NCBI RefSeq assembly: GCF_000284455.1
Contig: NC_017039.1
Span: forward strand, 630,001 to 662,000
Reading direction: 5' to 3'
Length of the DNA: 32,000 bases
From: Synechocystis sp. PCC 6803 substr. PCC-P
GTDB lineage: Bacteria > Cyanobacteriota > Cyanobacteriia > Cyanobacteriales > Microcystaceae
Position 1 is the stretch's first letter. Every line of letters starts with the position of its first letter. The notes beneath the pieces are model-generated. The model did not search any database. It saw only the letters and a list, made by a program, of their open reading frames with translations, and was not told where the DNA came from. Both the position numbers and the translations under genes were made by a program. This document shows, piece after piece, positions 19,201 to 25,200 of this stretch.

Positions 19201-22200
19201 TTTAAGGTTACAGTCAACAATTCCGATAATTTTATTACTGTGATCAATGAGGTAACAATTGAGAATAATTCTGTTACTTTGCCCTTATCAGAACCCATTG
19301 GACAAGGCGATATTGTTACCGTTAGCTATAGTTCTGGTGCTGGCACATTAGTTAATAGTAATAATATTCCCGTTGCTCCCTTTACAACAAGCGATATTCT
19401 GACCACATTTGCGAATCCTGGGACGGTGATTAAAACACTTTTAGCCACTCCCAGCACCTCAAGCGTTAGTATTGCCTATCCAAGCTCAATTATTGGGACA
19501 AGTGGCTTAAATTACGATCCAGCCGTGTATTTTAACCAGGCCACAAATCAGGTATTTGCTGCTTGGGTGAATGTTGATAGTAGCCAAATTCAGAATCAAC
19601 TCATCCCAGGCCAATATTATAGCAACTTAGAGATTATTACCCAGGCCCTGCAAAGCTCAACTATTTACTTTTCTGTTGCCTCTTTAAAGGATCTTGGTGA
19701 TCTTGGCCCCAACGGTCAAATCATTCCCTGGTCAGTGGCCGCCCCCATTCCCCACCAGCAAACAGGACAGAATACCAATGTCACGCTTGGCCTGGGGCCT
19801 GATGGTTCGATTATGGCGGCCTGGTTAAATACCACACTGGATAATAATGGTACGCCCACAACCACGATTTACTATTCCACACTCAATCAAAATGATAGCT
19901 CCCCGGTCTGGTCTGCCCCTGTTCCCATACTTCCCGACATTAATCCCGATGCCTTTACGCCCCTAACCATTAGTACGATCAATCAACAACCAGCAATTTT
20001 CTGGACTGAATCTTCCCCAGCATCCTATCGTCAGTTAGTTCTTAATGCCGCCCCATCGGTTTATTTACGTCTTGGGGAAAGGACTGGTGATGTAGCCCGC
20101 AATAGTGGTCAGTTTCAAGCCGCCGCCAATGGCACCTATAGCGGTACTTTTACTCTGGGGGAAATGGGAGCCTTAGAAACCACAAGTAACACTGGTGATC
20201 CCAATCCTGCCGTGCTGTTTCAAGGTGGGGGTGTAACGCTTGATCAACCTGTACCTCTGACAAACCAGGCTTTTGCGATTGAGTTTTGGTTTAAGTTGCC
20301 CAATTTACCTCGGGAATCTATCAATCTAGTTTCCGCACTGGGATTATTTGGCCTGGGCCTGGAGGTTGATCCCAATGATCCTAATGCGCCACCGAAACTT
20401 ACCTTTGGCCTGGGTAATGATGATCAGAGCCAAATCCAAGCTAGTGAAACCTTTGCCACTGATGTTTGGTATTACGTTGTTGGTACCTATGATGGCTCAA
20501 GTCAAAACCTGAGTTTGTATCTCAATGGTGTCTTAGCTGGAACCCTGGATGATGTGGAATTTGATCCGTTTCCCACCGCAGCGGCCTTAGCTTTAGCAGG
20601 GGCTTCTACAGCGAATAATCCGGTTTATTTAGATGAAGTGGCATTCTATCCCAAGGCATTAACAGCTTCTAATGTCAATGCGGCAGATTTAACCAATGCA
20701 AATTTCCAAAACCTAACAGGTAGCCAAATTCTTGAGATCATTGCGGGGACAAATCAAATTGGCAACCACTACGCCGCCCAATACAACCAGCCGGTTCCCC
20801 CAGGCCCTAATACTTATTATTCCGTTTCGGATGGTTCAAGTTGGCAACTCCCTAGTCAAATTAACCCCACACCCGCAATCGTTCCCACCCAGTTAGCCGG
20901 GGCCAATATCCCTGTTTTCGATTTAGTCTCTGCCACTCCCGCCCAGGCCAGCACCGCGATTGCGCCCAATGGAATTGCTGATGCCGTTTATCAGATTTCG
21001 CTTTCTAATCCAAACTTAACTATCAGCGGAATTAAAGTTACTAGTGGCAACCAGGCCTGGGCGATTGGCACCGACGACAATGGCACAGCACTCACGGGTA
21101 ATCAGCTTGGCCTACTTTTAGGAGATACCCTACTCAACAGTCTTAATCCCGATACTCAATCCTTTAGCTATCCAATTCAGGGATATACCGAAAATCTCTT
21201 TTTATTCATTGATCCCGGCAGTTCCAATACTACTCTTGGGCCAGTTGAAGTTACGGTTTATTTCGAAAACAACGATAATACCCCTACACCGTTTTCTGTT
21301 GCTCCCTATCAGATAAATATGGCAACAATGGGGCCAGATCAAACAGTTACAGGAACAGCAACGGTTACTGAAGCCAATGATTCCTCCCTCGCCCTAATTG
21401 ATAGTGGGTTTATTATTAATTCCGATAATCCGGCGATCGGGTATGTTTTGGCCAGTGCGTTTAATTCCGATGGTACTTTAGCCTATGTGGCAGTGGGGAA
21501 TCGTGGCTATAGCGACAGTCAGGGCAATGTTCTTAACAACGGGACTGTCCAGATCTTGTTTAGTTGCAGTGATATTCTCTCTGGCAGTGGCTCATTAAGT
21601 ACAACAATTCTCAATGGCAATCCTGATGGGGTTTTAATTACCAATATTCAAGATGCGGGGGATAATCAGCGGAACCTTTCGCTTTCCTTAGCTACGGGAG
21701 ATATTGACGGGGATAGCATTCCTGATTTAGTGATTGGTGCGCCCAATGTGGGTAACTTTGCTGGAGCGGTTTACGTCATCTATGGCAGTTATCTCAGCAA
21801 TCAAAAAGGACAAATAATTGATGTCACAAATCTCAGCACGAAACCTAACACTATGGGTTTTGTGGTTAATGGCAATGAAGCGGAAGACTTAGCGGGCTTT
21901 TCAGTAGTGGTGGGGAACTTTGATGGGGATAGCTATGGTGACATTGTTTACGGTGCGCCCTACGCCAAAGATAGTAACGGGAATCGGGTTGGCCAGGTTT
22001 ATCTAGTTGCTGGTTTTGCCCAAGGAAGTGCTCCAGACTCAATTAGCCCTACAGTCATTTATTCTGGCAAAAGTTTTGATATTCCCAATCCCCAACCGAA
22101 TCCACCAAGTCAAACCCTAACAGTGGGTGAAGGGGCAGGGTTTGCACTGGGAGTTTCACGGCGACTGAGTAATGGACCATCTACATTTACAGGTAGCACA

Positions 22201-25200
22201 ACGACAGATGATCTCTTTATTGGCGCGCCCAACTATCAAATTCAAGTCGTAAATCAATGGACAAATCAAAGTAATCTCCCAGGCCAAAACTCACAAAACC
22301 AACAAAATCAACAAATCACATCAGACCTTTTTCCTAGTTCCAGTTTTGTTTCAGCCGGGGCCGTTTATGTCTATAACTCTAATCAAGGCTTAAGTCTTAA
22401 AACAAATCCTTGGGCCATCTATACCGGGCCAACGATTCCCAATGCTCAAGGCACTGCCACTAGTTATTTTGCTGGAACTGTGATTGGCTCGGGTTTGAAT
22501 ACGGATTTCACAGATTATGACGGAGATGGCCGCCAAGATTTAGTGATTGCCGGGCCTGGGGCCAATACCAACACGGGGCAAGCCTTTGTGATTGGTGGGT
22601 CTACTGCAACTCCATCTGTAACAACTACACAATCTGGAATAACTACAACAACTACACAAGCCTTAAATACAGTCAGTAACCTCGTGATCAATGGTGGATT
22701 AAGTGGGGGCAAAGCGGGAACAGTCATTACTTCAGTGGGAGACTTAAACCATGATGGCTATCAAGACCTTTTAATTACTGCGCCCCAAGGAGCCAATGCT
22801 ACGGGTCAAAGTTATGTCTTATTTGGGACATTGAATTTAAGTGAATTCGGGACTGTTTTTGATCTCAATGTCACCGCTAACGACAACAAAACCACATTTT
22901 TACTCAATGGCGATCAACCCTTCCAGGCTACGGGAACAGCAGCAGTTGGTGTGGGTGATATTAACAATGACGGCGTAGATGACCTAATGCTCACGGCTCC
23001 AGTGGGTCAACAACTTTATGCGGTTTATGGGCATCCCTGGTTAGCGGACGATGGCAGTATCAAACTTGCGGATGTTTCTTCTAATAATGGCTTTGTCATT
23101 GATGGCTACGAATATTCCCTCCCATCTAGCCCCTTTGGTTATGTCCTCAGTTTTGATCTTGTTTATGGCAATGATTTTGAACTGGTTTCTGCTTGGTTGC
23201 AGTTAATTTCGCCCACTGGTCAAGTCATCTGGCGCTCGAATCCAGGAGAAGGAGTAACGGTTACGCCCGAAGCCTATGCCATTATGCAAAGTGACGGCAA
23301 CTTTGTGATTTACGGCCAACCAGGGGGGAATTCAGGGGATGTCATTTGGAGTTCCAATACAGCAGGGAATAGCGGGGCTGTTCTGAAATTAGCCTCGGAT
23401 GGCGGTCTTTATATTGTTGATTCCGAGGGCAATATTGTCCCCAATGGTACTCTAAATCCTGGGAATACTAGCCTGATTACTAATGCTGTTACCCTCGACG
23501 AAAATCAAGAAATTAATATCAGTCTCGATACCTTTCTGTCCAATGGGGAGAATGGCGGCAGTCTCTTTGGTAATGGCCTCAACATTGTAATGGTTGGGGA
23601 TGTTAATGGCGATGGCTTTGCTGATGTGATTTCTGGGGGAAGTCCGGCTGGGGGAGTGCTTATTTTTGGCAACAGCACTAAAGATTTACTCGATGCAGCC
23701 CTAGGCACTGACGATTTAATTATTTCGGTGGAAAACGCTCAAGTTAAAGAGTTTGTTGCCCTTGGAGATTTTGATGGGGATGGCTTAGCTGATTTTGGCG
23801 TTATTGATGATCAAGGCAACTTCTTTCTGGTTTTAGGCAGTCCGGAATTAGGTAGCCAAGGTAGCCTTGTTATTGACTCTACTTTGCCAAATTTATCTAA
23901 CTTTAACCAGGCCTGGGGAGTCGGAGATTTTAATGGCAACGGTTACGATGATTTTGTCTTACAAGGCCCTAATTCTACGATCGCCGTTTACGGTAACGCT
24001 AATGGAACATTAACCGACTCATCTCCTTTAACGTTTGGTAACAATTTCCCCCTACCCAGTTCTTTCACAGGTATTGATTTAAATGGCAATGGCATCAAGG
24101 AAATTGTCGCCGGTCAGCCCAACTTAAACCCAGTCCCTAATATCGGTGGCTTTGGTGGTGGTTTACAGTATTTTACCTATGAGGCTGGAAATGCGGTTTT
24201 ACAACCAACGGTTAATCCTCCCAATGCCTCAGTTACGGAGGCTTCTGGTCTGTCTTCATGGGGACAAATTTCGTTTCCTAATCAATATGCCCAAGCTGGT
24301 GTGCCGTCATTTGCAACGTTAGATGGCTGGCTGTATCAAGCATTTTACGGAATCAACGAGCGTATTTCCACTAAAGATTCATACATTTATATCCAACGAA
24401 GCCGAGATGGAGTCAGCTGGGAAAACCTCACTCAAGTCGTCCCGCTCGATAGCAATGGTACGCCGATTGATCTTAAGAATTTGCCCCCCTCAATTACGGC
24501 TTACAATGGCACACTTTATTTAGGCTTTACTGCTGACAATGGCCAGGTGTGGGTTGCAGAAGGAGTCAATACTAATGCCAACTCCGGGATACTCATCAAT
24601 GCCGTCCCAATCAATCAAGCCTCCAATAATGGCCCAACATTAGTGGCCTTTAATGATGAACTCTATGTATTCTTTGTTAAAGATGCTTCCGATAATGACA
24701 TTCTCTATTCCAGTTCCAGCAATCCAGGGAGTAGTAGTGGCTGGGATGGTACCAGTACCGTTCTCACGTTTAGCGATGTTAACCAGGCGACTAATTTCCC
24801 CCTCAGTGCTACCGTTGTCCCTGGATTAGATGGGGATACTCTTGCCGTAGCATTTCGTTCTAATAACTCCCCCGCAACTTGGGTCGGCCTTCTCAACTCC
24901 AGCGATGTAACAAATTGGCAGGGTTCGGCAGAATTAACCCAGGTTGACGCCAACTCCCAAGTATCCCTAACTGTGGTAGATGGGACTTATTATTTATTTT
25001 TCACTTCAAGCACTGAGGCTAGTGCTTCATATGCTACCTCTACAGATGGCTTGAATTGGGGAGATATCACATTAATTCCCTGGGATGATGGCAACCTTGG
25101 TGGTGTTGCATCAATCTTATTTAATCAAAGCTTTATTTTATCATTGAATCAAAGTAATAATGAATCTCTTCTTTTTGCTTTTTCAAATTCATTATTCGAG

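Noticed and set aside
22270-22320. Q/N-rich low-complexity run (QNSQNQQNQQ) and the T-rich run (TTQSGITTTTTQ, about 22620..22665) in the giant protein, considered as separate functional elements
   Set aside because: They are short linkers between FG-GAP blades, consistent with flexible or possibly glycosylated spacers. There is not enough evidence to call anything more.
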